Origin: the human T2T-CHM13v2.0 reference genome, Homo sapiens
Assembly: GCF_009914755.1 (NCBI RefSeq)
Contig: NC_060947.1
Strand: one strand, 5' to 3'
DNA length: 64,000 nucleotides
Notes under the pieces: generated by a model
Databases searched by the model: none
What the model saw: only the letters and a program-made list of their open reading frames with translations
Told to the model about the DNA's origin: nothing
Part shown: piece after piece, positions 27,246-39,384 of the stretch
Layout: each line of letters starts with the position of its first letter
How positions within the stretch are numbered: the first letter of the stretch is position 1
Made by a program: the position numbers and the translations under genes

Positions 27246-28328
27246 AAGAATTCACCAACCATCTGCTGCCTTCAAGAGACTCACCTAACATAAGAACTCA
27301 CATAAACTTAAAGGGTAGAAAAAGACATTTCATGCAAATGAACACCAAAGGTGAAAAGGAGTAGCTTCGTAATATCAGACAAAAAAACTTTAAAGCAAAA
27401 CAGAAGTTAAAAAAGACAAAGCAGGATACTATATAATAATAAAAGACCCTGTCCAATAGGAAACTATTACAATACTAAACATATATGCACCTAACACTGG
27501 AGCTCCGAAATTTATAAAACAATTAATAATATACCTAAGAAATAAGATAGACAGCAACACAATAATACTGGGGGACTTCAATACTCCACTGAAACCTTTA
27601 GAGAGGCCATCAAGATAGAAAGTCAACAAAGAAACAATAGATTTGAACTATACCTTGGAACAAATGGATTTAACAGATAGAAATAGAACATTCCATCCAA
27701 CAATCACAGAGCATACATTCTACTGAATAGTGCACGGAAATTTCTCCAAGATAGACAATATGATAGGCCTCACAACAAGCCTCAATAAATGTAAGAAAAT
27801 TGAAATTGTATCAAGCACTCTCTCAGACCACAGTGGAATAAAACTGGAAATAAACCCCAAAAGGAACCTTCAAAACCATGCAAATACATGGAAATTAAAT
27901 AACCTGCTCCTGAATGATCATTGGGTCAAAAATAAAATCAAGATGGAAATTAAAAATTTCTTTGTGCTGAAGGACAATAGTGACACAACCTATCAAAGCC
28001 TCTGGGATACAGCTAAGGTGGTGTTAAGAGGAAAATTTATATCCCTAAAAGCCTACATCAAAAAGACTGAAAGAGCACAGACAATCTAAGGTCACACCTC
28101 AAGGAACTAGAAAAACAAGAATAAACCAAACCCATACTTAGCAAAAGAAGGAAAATAACCAAGAACAGAGCAGAACTAAATGAAATTGAAACAAAAATAT
28201 CCAGAAGATAAATGAAACAAAAAGCTGGTTCTTTGAAAAAATAAATAAAATTGATAAACCATCAGCAAGATTAACCAAGAACAAAAAGAGAAAAAATCCA
28301 AATAAGCTCAATAGAAAATGAAAAGGGA

Positions 28329-28684
<356 letters not shown>

Positions 28685-31483
28685 TCAAAGCTACTATGAA
28701 CACCTTTACATGCATGAACTAGAAAACCTAGAAAATATGGATAAATTCCAGGAAACATATAACCCTTGTAGCTTAAATCAGGAAGAATTAGATACCCTGA
28801 ACTGATTAATAACAAGCAGCGAGATTGAAATGGTAATTAAAAAACTACCACCAACAAAAAAAGTCCATGACCAAGTGGATCCACAGCAGAATTCTACCAA
28901 ATATTCAAAGAAGAATTGGTACCAATCCTATTGACTTTATTCCACAAGATAGAGGAAGAGGGAACCCTCCTAAATCATTCTATGAAGCCAGTATCACTCT
29001 AATACCAAAACCAGGAAAGGACATAACCAAAAAAGAAAACCACAGACCAATAAACCTGATGAATATAGATGCTAAAGTTCTTAACAAAATACTAGCCAAC
29101 CAAATCCAACAACATATCAAAAAGATAATCCACCATGATTAAGTGGGTTTCATACCAGGGATGCAAGGATGGTTTAACATATGCAAGTCAATATATGGGA
29201 TACACCACATAAACAGAATTTAAAACAAAAAAATTACATGATCATCTCAATAGATGCAGAAAAAGCATTAGATAAAATCCAGCATCTTTTATGACTAAAA
29301 CTCTCAGCAAAATTGGCATACAAGAGACATAACTCACTGTAATAAAAGCCACCTATGAGAAACCCACAGCCAAGATAATACTGAATGGGGAAATGTTGAA
29401 AGCGTTCCCTCTGAGAACTGAAACAAGACAAGGATGCCCACTCTCACCGCCCCTCTTCAAGATACTACTGGAAGTCCTAGCCAGAGCAATCAAACAAGAG
29501 AGGGCATCCAAATCAGTAAAGAGGAAGTCAAACTGTCACTGTTTGCTTATGATATGATCATTTACCTCAAAAACCTTGAAGACTCATCTGGAAAGCTCCC
29601 AGAACTGGTAAGAGAATTTAGCAAAGTTTCCAGATGCAAAATTAATGTACACAAATCAGTAGCTCTTCTATACATCAACAGTGAGCAAGCTGAGAATCAA
29701 ATCAAAAACTCAATCTTTTTTACAATAGCTGCAAATAAAATAAAATACTTAGAAATACACATAACCAAGGAGGTGAAAGGCTTCTACAAGGAAAATGACA
29801 AAACACTGCTGAAAGAAATAATAGATGAACAAACAAATTGAAATATATTCCATGTTCATGCATGAGTAGAATCAATATTGTGAAAATGACCCTACGGCCA
29901 AATTTAATGCAATTTCAATCAAAATATCACCATCATTTATCACAGAATTGGAAAAAAAATCTAAAATTCATATGGAACCAAAAGAAAGACTGCATAGCCA
30001 AAGCAAGAATAAGCAAAAAGAGCAAATCTGGAGGCATCACATTACCTGATTTCAAACTATACTATAAGTTCATAGTCACCAAAACAGCATGGTACTGGTA
30101 TAAAAATATGCACATAGACCAATGGAACAGAAGAAAGAATCCAGAAATTAACCAAATACCTAACAGCAACTGATCTTTGACAAAGCGAACAAAAACATAA
30201 AGTGGGTAGAGGATACTCTTTTTAACAAATGATGCTGGGATAATTGGCTTGCCACATGTAGGAGAATAAAACTGGATTTTCATTTCTCACCTTATACAAA
30301 AATCAACTCAAGATGGATTAGGACTTAAATCTAAGACCTGAAACTATAAAAATTCTAGAAGAAAACATAGAAAAAAATCCCTCCAAGACATTGGCTTAGG
30401 CAAGGATTTCTTGACCAAGAACCCAAAAGGCAATGCAATTAAAACAAAGGTAAATAGCTGAGACTTTATTAAACTAAAGAGCTTTTGCACAGAAAAAGGA
30501 ACAGTCCACAGTAAACAGACAACCCAAAGAATGGGGGAAAAATCTTCACAATCTATACATATGCCAAAAGAGTAATATTGAGAATCTACAACAAACTCAA
30601 AGAAATAAGCAAGAAAAGAACAAACAATCCCATCAAAAAGTTGGCTAAGGACATAAATGGACAATTCTCAAAAGAAGTTGTAAAAATAGCCAACAAGCAT
30701 ATGAAAAAATGCTCAACATCACTGATGATCAGAGAAATTCAAATCAAAACCACAATGTGATACCACCTTACTCCTGCAAGAATGGCCATAATAAAAAAAT
30801 CAAAAAACAGTAGATGTTGGCATTGATGTGGTGATCAGGGAACACTTCTGCACTGCTGGTGGGAATGTAAACTAGTACAACCACTATGAAAAACACTGGA
30901 TATTCCTTAAAGAACTAAAAGTAGAACTAACATTTGATCCAGCAATCTCACTACTGGGTATCTACCCAGAGAAAAATAAGTCATTTTATGAAAAAGATAC
31001 TAGCCAATGCATGTTTATAGTAGCACAATTTGCAATTGCAAAATTGTGGAACCAACCCAAGTGCCAATCAGTCAACGAGGGGATACAGAAACCGTGCTAT
31101 GTATATATGATGGAATACAACTCAACCATAAAAAGGAATGAATTAATGGCATTCGCAGTGACCTGGATGAGATTGGAGATTATTATTTTAATTAAAGTAA
31201 CTGAGGAATAGAAAACCAAACATTGTATGTTATCACTGATATGTGGGAGCTAAGCTATGAAAATGCAAAGGCATAAGAATGATACAATGGATTTCAGGGA
31301 CATGGGGGGAAAGGGGGAAGGGGGACAAAGAACACACAACTACAAATAGGGTGCAGTGTATACTGCTCAGGTGATGGGTGCACCAAGATCTCACAACTCA
31401 CCGCTAAAGAACTTACTCATGTAACCAAACACCACCAGTTCCCCAGTAACCTATGGAAAAATCACTTTAAAAAAAGAAGTACC

Positions 31484-33818
31484 TGCTTTCTTCTGTGGGC
31501 ACTTAGTGTTATAAATTTCCCTCTAAACACTACTTTAGCTGTGTCCCAGAGATTCTGGTACATTGTACCTTTGTTCTCATTGGTTTCAAAGAACTTATTT
31601 ATTTCTGCTTTAATTTCGTTATTTACCCGGTAGTCATTCAGGAGCAGGTTGTTCAGTTTCCATGTAGTTCTGAGGTTTTGAGTGAATTTCTTAATCCTGA
31701 GTTCTAGTTTGATTGCACTGTGGTCTGAGAAACTGTTATGATTTCCGTTCTTTTGCATTTGCTGAGGAGTATTTTACTTCCAATTATGTGGTAAATTTTA
31801 AAATAAGTGTGATGTGGTGCAGAGAAGAATGTATATTCCTTTGATTTGGGGTGCAGAGTTCTGTAGATGTCTATTAGGTCCATGTGGTCCAGAGCTGAGT
31901 TCCAGTCCTGAATATCCTTGTTAATTTTCTATCTCATTTATCTGTCTAATATTGACAGTGGTGTGGTAAAGTCTCCCAGTATTATTGTGTGGGAGTCTAA
32001 GTCTCTTCGTAGGTCTCTAAGAACTAGCTTTATGAATCTGGGTGCTCCTGTATTGGGTGCATATATATTTAGGATAGTTAGCTCTTCTTGTTGCATTGAT
32101 CTCTGTACCATTATATAATGCTCTTCTTTGTCTTTTTTGATCTTTGTTGGTTTAAAGTCTCTTTTATCAGAGACTAGGATTGTGACCCTTGCTTTTTTTT
32201 TGCTATCGATTTGCTTAGTAAATGTTCCTCCATCCCTTTATTTGCCAAAGTGATTTATAGATTCAATGCTATCCCCATCAAGCTATCATTGACCTTTTTC
32301 ACAGAATTAGATAAAACTACTTTAAATTTCATATGGAACCACAAAAGAGCCTGTATAGACAAGACAATCCTAAGCAAAATGAACAAAGCTGGAGGTATTA
32401 TGCTACCTGACTTCAAACTATACTACAAGGTTACAGTAACCAAAACAGCATGGTACTGATACCAAAACAGATATATAGTCCAATGGAACAGAACAGAGGC
32501 CTCAGAAATCACACCACAAATCTACAACCATCTGATCTTTGACAAACATGACAAAAATAAGCAATGGGGAAAGGATTCCCTATTTAATAAATGGTGTTGG
32601 GAAAACTGGCTAGCCATATGCAGAAAACTGAAACTGGACACCTTCCTTACACCTTGTACAAAAATTAACTCAAGATGGATTAAAGACTTAAATGTAAGAC
32701 CTAAAACCATAAAAACCCTAGAAGAAAACCTAGACAATTCTATTCAGGACATAGGCATGGGCAAAGACTTCATGACTAAAACACTAAAAGCAATGGCAAC
32801 AAATGCCAAAATTGACAAATGAGATCTAATTAAACTAAAGAGCTTTTGCACAGCAAAAGAATATCATCAGAGTGAACAGGCAACCTACAGAATAAGAGAA
32901 AATTTTTGCACTCTGTCCATCTGACAAAGGGCTAATATCCAGAATCTACAAGGAATTTAAACAAATTTACAAGAAAAAAATCCCATCAAAAACTGGGCAA
33001 AGGATATGAACAAATACTTCTCAAAAGAAGAAATGTATGTGGCCAACAAACATGAAAAAAGCTCATCATCACTGGCCATTAGAGTAATGCAAATCAAAAC
33101 CACAATGTGATACCATCTCACACCAGTTAGAATGGCAATCATTAAAATGTCAGGAAACAACAGATGCTGAAGAGGATGTGGAGAAATAGGAATGCTTTTA
33201 CACTGTTGGTTGAAGTGTAAATTAGTTCAACTATTGTGGAAGATAGTGTGGCGATTCTTCAAGGATCTAGAACCAGAAATATCATTTGACTCAGCAACCC
33301 CCTTACTGGGTATATACCCAAAGGACTATAAATCATTTTACTATAAAGATACATGCACACATATGTTTATTGCAGCACTATTTACAATAGCAAAGACTTG
33401 GAACCAACCCAAATGCCCATCAATGATAGACTGCATAAAGAAAATGTGGCACATATATACCATGGAATAGTATGCAGCCATAAAAAAGAGTGAGTTTATG
33501 TCATTTGCAGGGACACGGATGAAGCTGGAAGCCATAATTCTCAGCAAACTAACACAGGAACAGAAAACCAATCCTGCATGTTCTCACTCATAAGTGGGAG
33601 TTGAACATGAGAACACATGGACACAGGGAGGGGAACATCACACACTGGAGCCTGTCTGGGGGTGGAGAACTAGGGGAGGGATAGCATTAGGAGAAATACC
33701 TAATGTAGATGACTGGTTGATGAGCACAGCAAACCACCATGGCACGTGTATACCTGTGTGACAAACCTGCACGTTCTGCACATGTACCCCAGAACTTAAA
33801 GTAAAATAATAATAATAA
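31484..33818 (+). mobile_element. L1PA7-like LINE-1 with a 5' inversion (31484-32241 antisense EN; 32242-33818 sense 3' end)
   Basis: Antisense EN peptides ([23 protein letters not shown]) switch at ...CCCTTTATTT|GCCAAAGTGATTTATAGATTC to sense [13 protein letters not shown]1PA 3'UTR and (AAT)n tail. Confidence 0.9.
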
Positions 33819-34031
33819 CAAAATACCAGTAAGAAAGAAGAGAAGTGAGATAGAGAAAGGAAGAAAGTTAATACAGAGTGTTTTAATTAGCAGGTTAAGA
33901 TGTGGGTAAGTGATACTGAACCTTGCTAGAGCCCTCTTGAAGACTGTATAGAACCAAACTCGGTTGTCTCACACAAGGGAGAAGAAGATGGATGTTCATC
34001 TTCCAATTTCTGTCCATAGCTGATTTAGGGT

Positions 34032-34560
34032 TGTAACGGTTTTTCATGGCTGCTTTAACAAATCACCACAAACTTAGTGGCTTATAGCAAAACAAATTTA
34101 GTACTATTATCCTTACTATCATCATAATTATCATTATCTTACAATTCTGAAGGTCAGAAGTCTAATATGTGTCTCACTGAACTAAAATCAAGTTGTCAGC
34201 CTGACTGTATTTCTTTCTGGTGGCTTTAGAGGAGAACACATTGCCTTCCATTTTCCAGATTCTAGAAGCTTGTCTTGAAGGCTCATAGGACTCTTCCTCC
34301 ATCTTCAAAGCCAGCAACATCAGATCAAGTCCTTTTAATACTAACATCTCTCTGATTCTCTCTCTTCTGCCTTCGTCTTCCACTTATGAGGACCTTTGTG
34401 ATTACATCCGGGCCCACCCAGATAATTCAGTATCATCTGCCAGTCTGAAGGTTAGCTGATTAGAAACCTTGTTTTCTGTTATTTGTGTAACTTAACATAT
34501 TCACAGGTTCCTGGAATTAAAATGTGAATATTTTGAGGTGCCTTTATTCTGCCTACCAAA
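34032..34560 (-). mobile_element. MLT1D-like MaLR solo LTR
   Basis: ACAAATCACCACAAACTTAGTGGCTTA, CCTCCATCTTCAAAGCCAGCAAC, TATTCTGCCTACCA. TSD AGGGT / AGAGT. Confidence 0.8.
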
Positions 34561-34827
34561 AGAGTTGCTTCCCAGGTTATTAATTCCTCATGACCCTGGC
34601 CCCAGAAATAAAACTGAGTACCAAAGTGATATAGATAGGGCCCAAATGTTCCCTGTTACCAGTTCCTTGTCTTAATTGAAACCCAGATCTTTTCAAGAAA
34701 CACCATTTTACTTTTGGCCTTCTCAAATGGCTGTTACTAATCTCATGGCTCACACACTTAATACTTTATATTGTTAGTAGTCCCCATAGTCTACCCTCTC
34801 CTTTTCTTTGTCCAATGTCCAGGTACC

Positions 34828-35066
34828 ACGGTGTAGTAGCAAAATAATGAATTATGGAAACATATTATTTGTACTTCAATCTCAATTCCTTTACTTATTT
34901 ACAGTGTAATTCTATACAAGTTATTCAATATTCCTGTGTCTCTGTTTCCTAATGTATGAAGTTCAACAATACTATATTTTTAATAGGGAGATTTTGAGCA
35001 TTATGTAACATAATATCTGTGAAGTGCTTAGAACAGTACTTAATAAAGAGCTATATTAGTGTTTGT
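34828..35066 (+). mobile_element. MIR SINE
   Basis: Core CTGTGTCTCTGTTTCCTAATGTATGAA and 3' TGTGAAGTGCTTAGAACAGT. Confidence 0.7.
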
Positions 35067-35099
35067 CAGATGATGATGGTGATGGTGATGATCTGTCAA

Positions 35100-36200
35100 T
35101 CTAAAGGATATTCTTCCTTATTTGTCAATTATCCTCTGTTTTTACTTTACCCATTTTCTTGGATGACTTTAAAGTCCATAAACCACTCATTTTCCTCACA
35201 GGTCCTTGACTTCCCAAACATTCACCTGTATTGGATGTAAGCAGGCTACTCCCATGGCTACACCACAGGATGGCTGAAGTTCAGTATCTTACTATGTGAT
35301 CATGATCTCCTACTTTTTTCCAAATCGCTCCCTCCCATTACACCAGCTCCCTGAGGCTATTGTGATTTTCTTTATCTTAGTCCATCAGCTCTGAACTGAA
35401 TTTGCTTTCTCCCACTATGAATGCAATGGTCAATTGCCAAAATATTCTTTTGAGTAGCATCGTGTTCTTTCTATCATGTTTACCTTACTAGTCACTAAAT
35501 TTGGAAAAAGTCTTAAAATTTGTCTTCTCTTCTCCTATATCAAGGAGTTTAGGTGTTTATAATTGTGCAAATGCGCAAATTAGTTTTTCTACAAAATATT
35601 TTTTTCAAATAACAACTGGCACATCAGAGCTGCTAGGAGCTGCTTATCAATCTTTTTAATGTTCTTTAATCATTTCCTCTTTTAGTTAACCCAAATAATT
35701 ATTATAGACTTTTTCACTCTCTTCAAGCCTTCTCACCAATATCCATTCTTACTTTGAGTACAAAACTTTAACTTCTGTTTAACGTAGAAAAATATCAATT
35801 AAGTGAGAATTTCCATTTTAACCAGAGGATTCTGTGCTATTTTTATACCCTGGTCTATCCACTCCTCCTTTCCTCTAATTTTAGAGAAAGCAGTGTCTCT
35901 TCCTTCATCGAAAGCTAATTCCACCAGTGTTATTTTAGGCTGCATCTCCTTCCAAAACCTGAAGGCTATACTCTATCAATTAACTCATTCTTTTTTTCTA
36001 AACATTCAAAATGTTCCTCTAGTCTCCAGATTAATTAAGCATAAGAACACCTTTATTGTCTCCCATTAAAAACGAAACCAAGTAGAATATGGGTTGCTAT
36101 TCAACCCTAACTGCACCCTATATTTCACCTTCATTTTATTAAAGTTGCAATAAAAAAAATCCCTTTTACATTTGCTCTTCTCTTTCCCTTACCTCCAATA
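35100..36200 (+). mobile_element. Degenerate L2 fragments
   Basis: Pyrimidine-rich L2-like motifs (AAAGCTAATTCCACC...ATCTCCT, CTCCCATGGCTACACC). Weak. Confidence 0.45.
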
Positions 36201-36744
36201 AATTGTTTTCTTAAGTTTTAAGTATTTATAATGTTTATTATTTTTGTTATTTTTTATTGAGCTATAATTTACAACCCATAGCATTTATGTATTTAAGGTG
36301 TACCATTCAGTGCCTTTTGGTATAATCACAAGTTTTGAAATTATTACCACTATCTAGTGGCAGAACAGTTTCATTACCTCTGATAGAAACCCCATAACTA
36401 TTGGCACTCACTCCCCAATTTCCCCCAGACCTGGCAAATACTAATATACTTTATGTTTTTATAAATCTGCTTACTCTGGATATTTGTTATAAGTGGAATC
36501 ATATCTACATGGCCTTTTATGTCTGGCTTCTTTCAGTTAGCATAGTATCTCAGAGGCTGATTTATATTGTGGCATGAATCAGTGCTTTATTCTTTTTATA
36601 GCTGAATAATATTTTTTGTATGAATATACCACAATTCATTTTTCCATTCATTAGTGGATGGATATTTAGGTTAGTTCTATATTTTAGCTATTGTAAATAA
36701 TTATCATATAAATATTAAGTACAAGTTTTGTGTGAACATATGTT

Positions 36745-37233
36745 TCATATATATATATACTCATATATATACTCATATATATACTCATATATATATACTC
36801 ATATATATACTCATATATATACTCATATATATATACTCATATATATACTCATATATATATACTCATATATATACTCATATATATACTCATATATACTCAT
36901 ATATATATACTCATATATATACTCATATATATACTCATATATATATACTCATATATATACTCATATATATATACTCATATATATACTCATATATATATAC
37001 TCATATATATACTCATATATATATACTCATATATATACTCATATATATATACTCATATATATACTCATATATATATACTCATATATATACTCATATATAT
37101 ATACTCATATATATACTCATATATATATACTCATATATATATATACTCATATATATACTCATATATATACTCATATATATACTCATATATATATATACTC
37201 ATATATATATACTCATAAATATATATATGAGTA
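36745..37233. repeat. AT-rich minisatellite [CTC(AT)nA], 10-16-bp units, about 36 copies
   Basis: Direct reading. It explains the YIYS/THIY pseudo-ORFs at 36728 and 36732. Confidence 0.97.
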
Positions 37234-37548
37234 GAATTGCTTGGTCCTATGATAACTTAATATATAGCTTTTGAAGAACTGGCAAACTTTTTCTAAAGCA
37301 GTTCCACCAGTTTACATTCCAATGAGAAATATATAATAATTCCAATTTCCCCCTATCCTTTCCAATACACATTCTTTTCTGTCTTTTTGTTTATAGCTAT
37401 CTTGCTGGGTGTGGAGTAATAGATCGTTGCAGTTTTGATTTGCATATCCCTGGTGACTAATATTGTTGCAGTTTTTCTGATATGCTGATTGCCATTCATA
37501 TATTTTCCTTGGAGAAATACATATTCAAATACGATGCCCACTTTTTAA

Positions 37549-37871
37549 ATTTTTTTATTTTTATTTTTATTTATTTATTTATTTATTTTGAGACAGGGTC
37601 TCACTCTGTCGCCCAGGCTGAAGTGCAGTGGCACCATCTTGGCTCACTGCAACCTCTGCCTCCTGGGTTCAAGTGATTCTCCTGCCCCAGCCTCCTGAGT
37701 AACTGGGACTGCAGGCGTGCACCACCACACCCGGCTAATTTTTGTATTTGTAGTAGAGACAGGGTTTCACCATGTTGGCCAGACTAGTCTCAAACTCCTG
37801 ACCTCAGGTGATTGGCCTGCCTCGGCCTCCCACAGCGCTGGGATTACAGGCATGAGCCACCACGACTGGCC
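37549..37871 (-). mobile_element. AluSx/Sz
   Basis: CCTGACCTCAGGTGAT and (TTTA)n tail. TSD ACGATGCCCACTTTTTAA / ACGCTGCCCACTTTTAA. Confidence 0.9.
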
Positions 37872-38174
37872 ACGCTGCCCACTTTTAATTGGGCTATTTG
37901 TGTTTCAATTTTTGAGTTATAAGAGTTCAAAATATATTTGAGGTACTGAAACATTATCAGATATATGGCTTGAAAAATTTTTCTGTCATTTTGAGGTATT
38001 GTTTTCACTTTATTGATAGTATCCTTTGAAGCATAAAAGTTTTTAATTTAGATAAAATTTAATTCACATATTTTAAAAATTGTGTTACATGAGTTTATAA
38101 ATATTTCTCATTTTTGTTGTAAAATATACATATAATATTTATCTTATTTTTTTAAGTTTTAACATTTTTAGATT

Positions 38175-38400
38175 TAATTTTAGTGACAAATAAAAATTGT
38201 GTATATTTATTATGTAAAACATGATGGCTTTAAATATGTATACATTGTAGAATGCCTGAATCAACCTAATTAATGTATAAATTAACTCACATCTTTATCA
38301 TTTTTAGTGGTGAGAACACAAAATCTACTCTGTTAGTGACTTTTAAGAATATGACATGTTGTCATTAACTGTAATCACCATGTAGTACAATAGGGTTCTT
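38175..38400 (-). mobile_element. L1MA 3'-terminal fragment
   Basis: AAAAATTGTGTATATTTAT..AATATGTATACATTGTAGAATG..GTGGTGAGAACAC..AATCTACTC. Confidence 0.7.
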
Positions 38401-38504
38401 TTTTCTCAAAGTTTAAAATATAGTATATGTGATTATGTTTTAACTCACAGAGTAATAAAATCTCAAATGGCATTTGACTGTCAATATTGGAAATTATCAA
38501 AAGA

Positions 38505-38950
38505 AGAAATAGTCCAACATCCATCTTCCCTCAACTGAGTTTTACGTCCATTTTTCCAGAGTCCTCTAAGTGATTGTCCATTCCAGGCTTGTGCACAAGG
38601 AATCACAGAGAACTGACTCACTACCTCCTGAGAGAGGGAATTCCTTTATTGAACAGTTCTACTAATAAACAAAAAAAATATTTTTTAATTAAACCATACT
38701 TTGTTACTCTGGTATTTCTGTAATTAGCTGTCTCTGTTAACTGCTGGCCATATAGATTGAACCTAGCCCCACTCCACCTGAATTTACAAATACCTAAATA
38801 AACAAAATATGAAAATACATCAAATACCTAAAGGAAGCAGTCAGGGCCCTTCCACATCTTGTCTTCTCTCTGCTAAATTTATTATCTGATGATATGGTCT
38901 CAAATCTCATAACAATTCTGGCTACTCTCCTTTGAACAGGTCCTGCTTGG
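38505..38950 (-). mobile_element. L3/CR1 fragment
   Basis: TAGTCCAAC, CTCACTACCTCCTGAG...ACAGTTCTA, TCTTCTCTCTGCTAAA. Confidence 0.5.
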
Positions 38951-38963
38951 CTGCATTTGACAT

Positions 38964-39172
38964 GGGTCTGTCACCTAGGCTGAGTGCAGTGGTGCAAACT
39001 TGGCTCACTTCACCCTCAACCACTCGGGCTCAAGTGATCCTCCTGCCTCAGTCTCCCAGGGAGCTGGGACTACAGGTGCATGCCACTATGCCCAGCTAAT
39101 TTTTCTTTTACTTTCTTTTTTTTTTTTTTTTTACATTTTATAGAGATGGAGCCTTATTATGTTGCCCACTCT
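38964..39172 (-). mobile_element. AluJ fragment
   Basis: GGGCTCAAGTGATCCTCCTGCCTCAG, expanded T linker, TATGTTGCCCA. Confidence 0.8.
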
Positions 39173-39384
39173 AGGTCCAACATTTAATGTAGCTCAGCTG
39201 TAGTCTGCAGAAGTTTGAGAAGAGCAAGTCACAGAAGGTTAGTCTCAGAAGAAATCTGTAAGAACATCCTTTGTAGTGCCTTTCAGTATGAAAAATGATG
39301 CAAGGAGTTGAAGTGATTTTCTCAGAGTCACAGAGTAAAATCCCTACTTCTCGTGCCAGTTATCTTATTTTGAGCAGTTAGTCA

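Larger units (their letters stand above)
36240..38095 (-). mobile_element. L1MB-like 3' end hosting a minisatellite and an Alu
   Basis: TTTTATTGAGCTATAATTTACA, AAGTGGAATCATA...TGTCTGGCTTCTTTCA, GAGTAGAATTGCTTGGTC. Confidence 0.8.

Noticed and set aside
36728-37274. 168-aa and 180-aa ORFs rich in Y/I/H/S/T
   Set aside because: They are translations of the stop-free AT minisatellite, not proteins.
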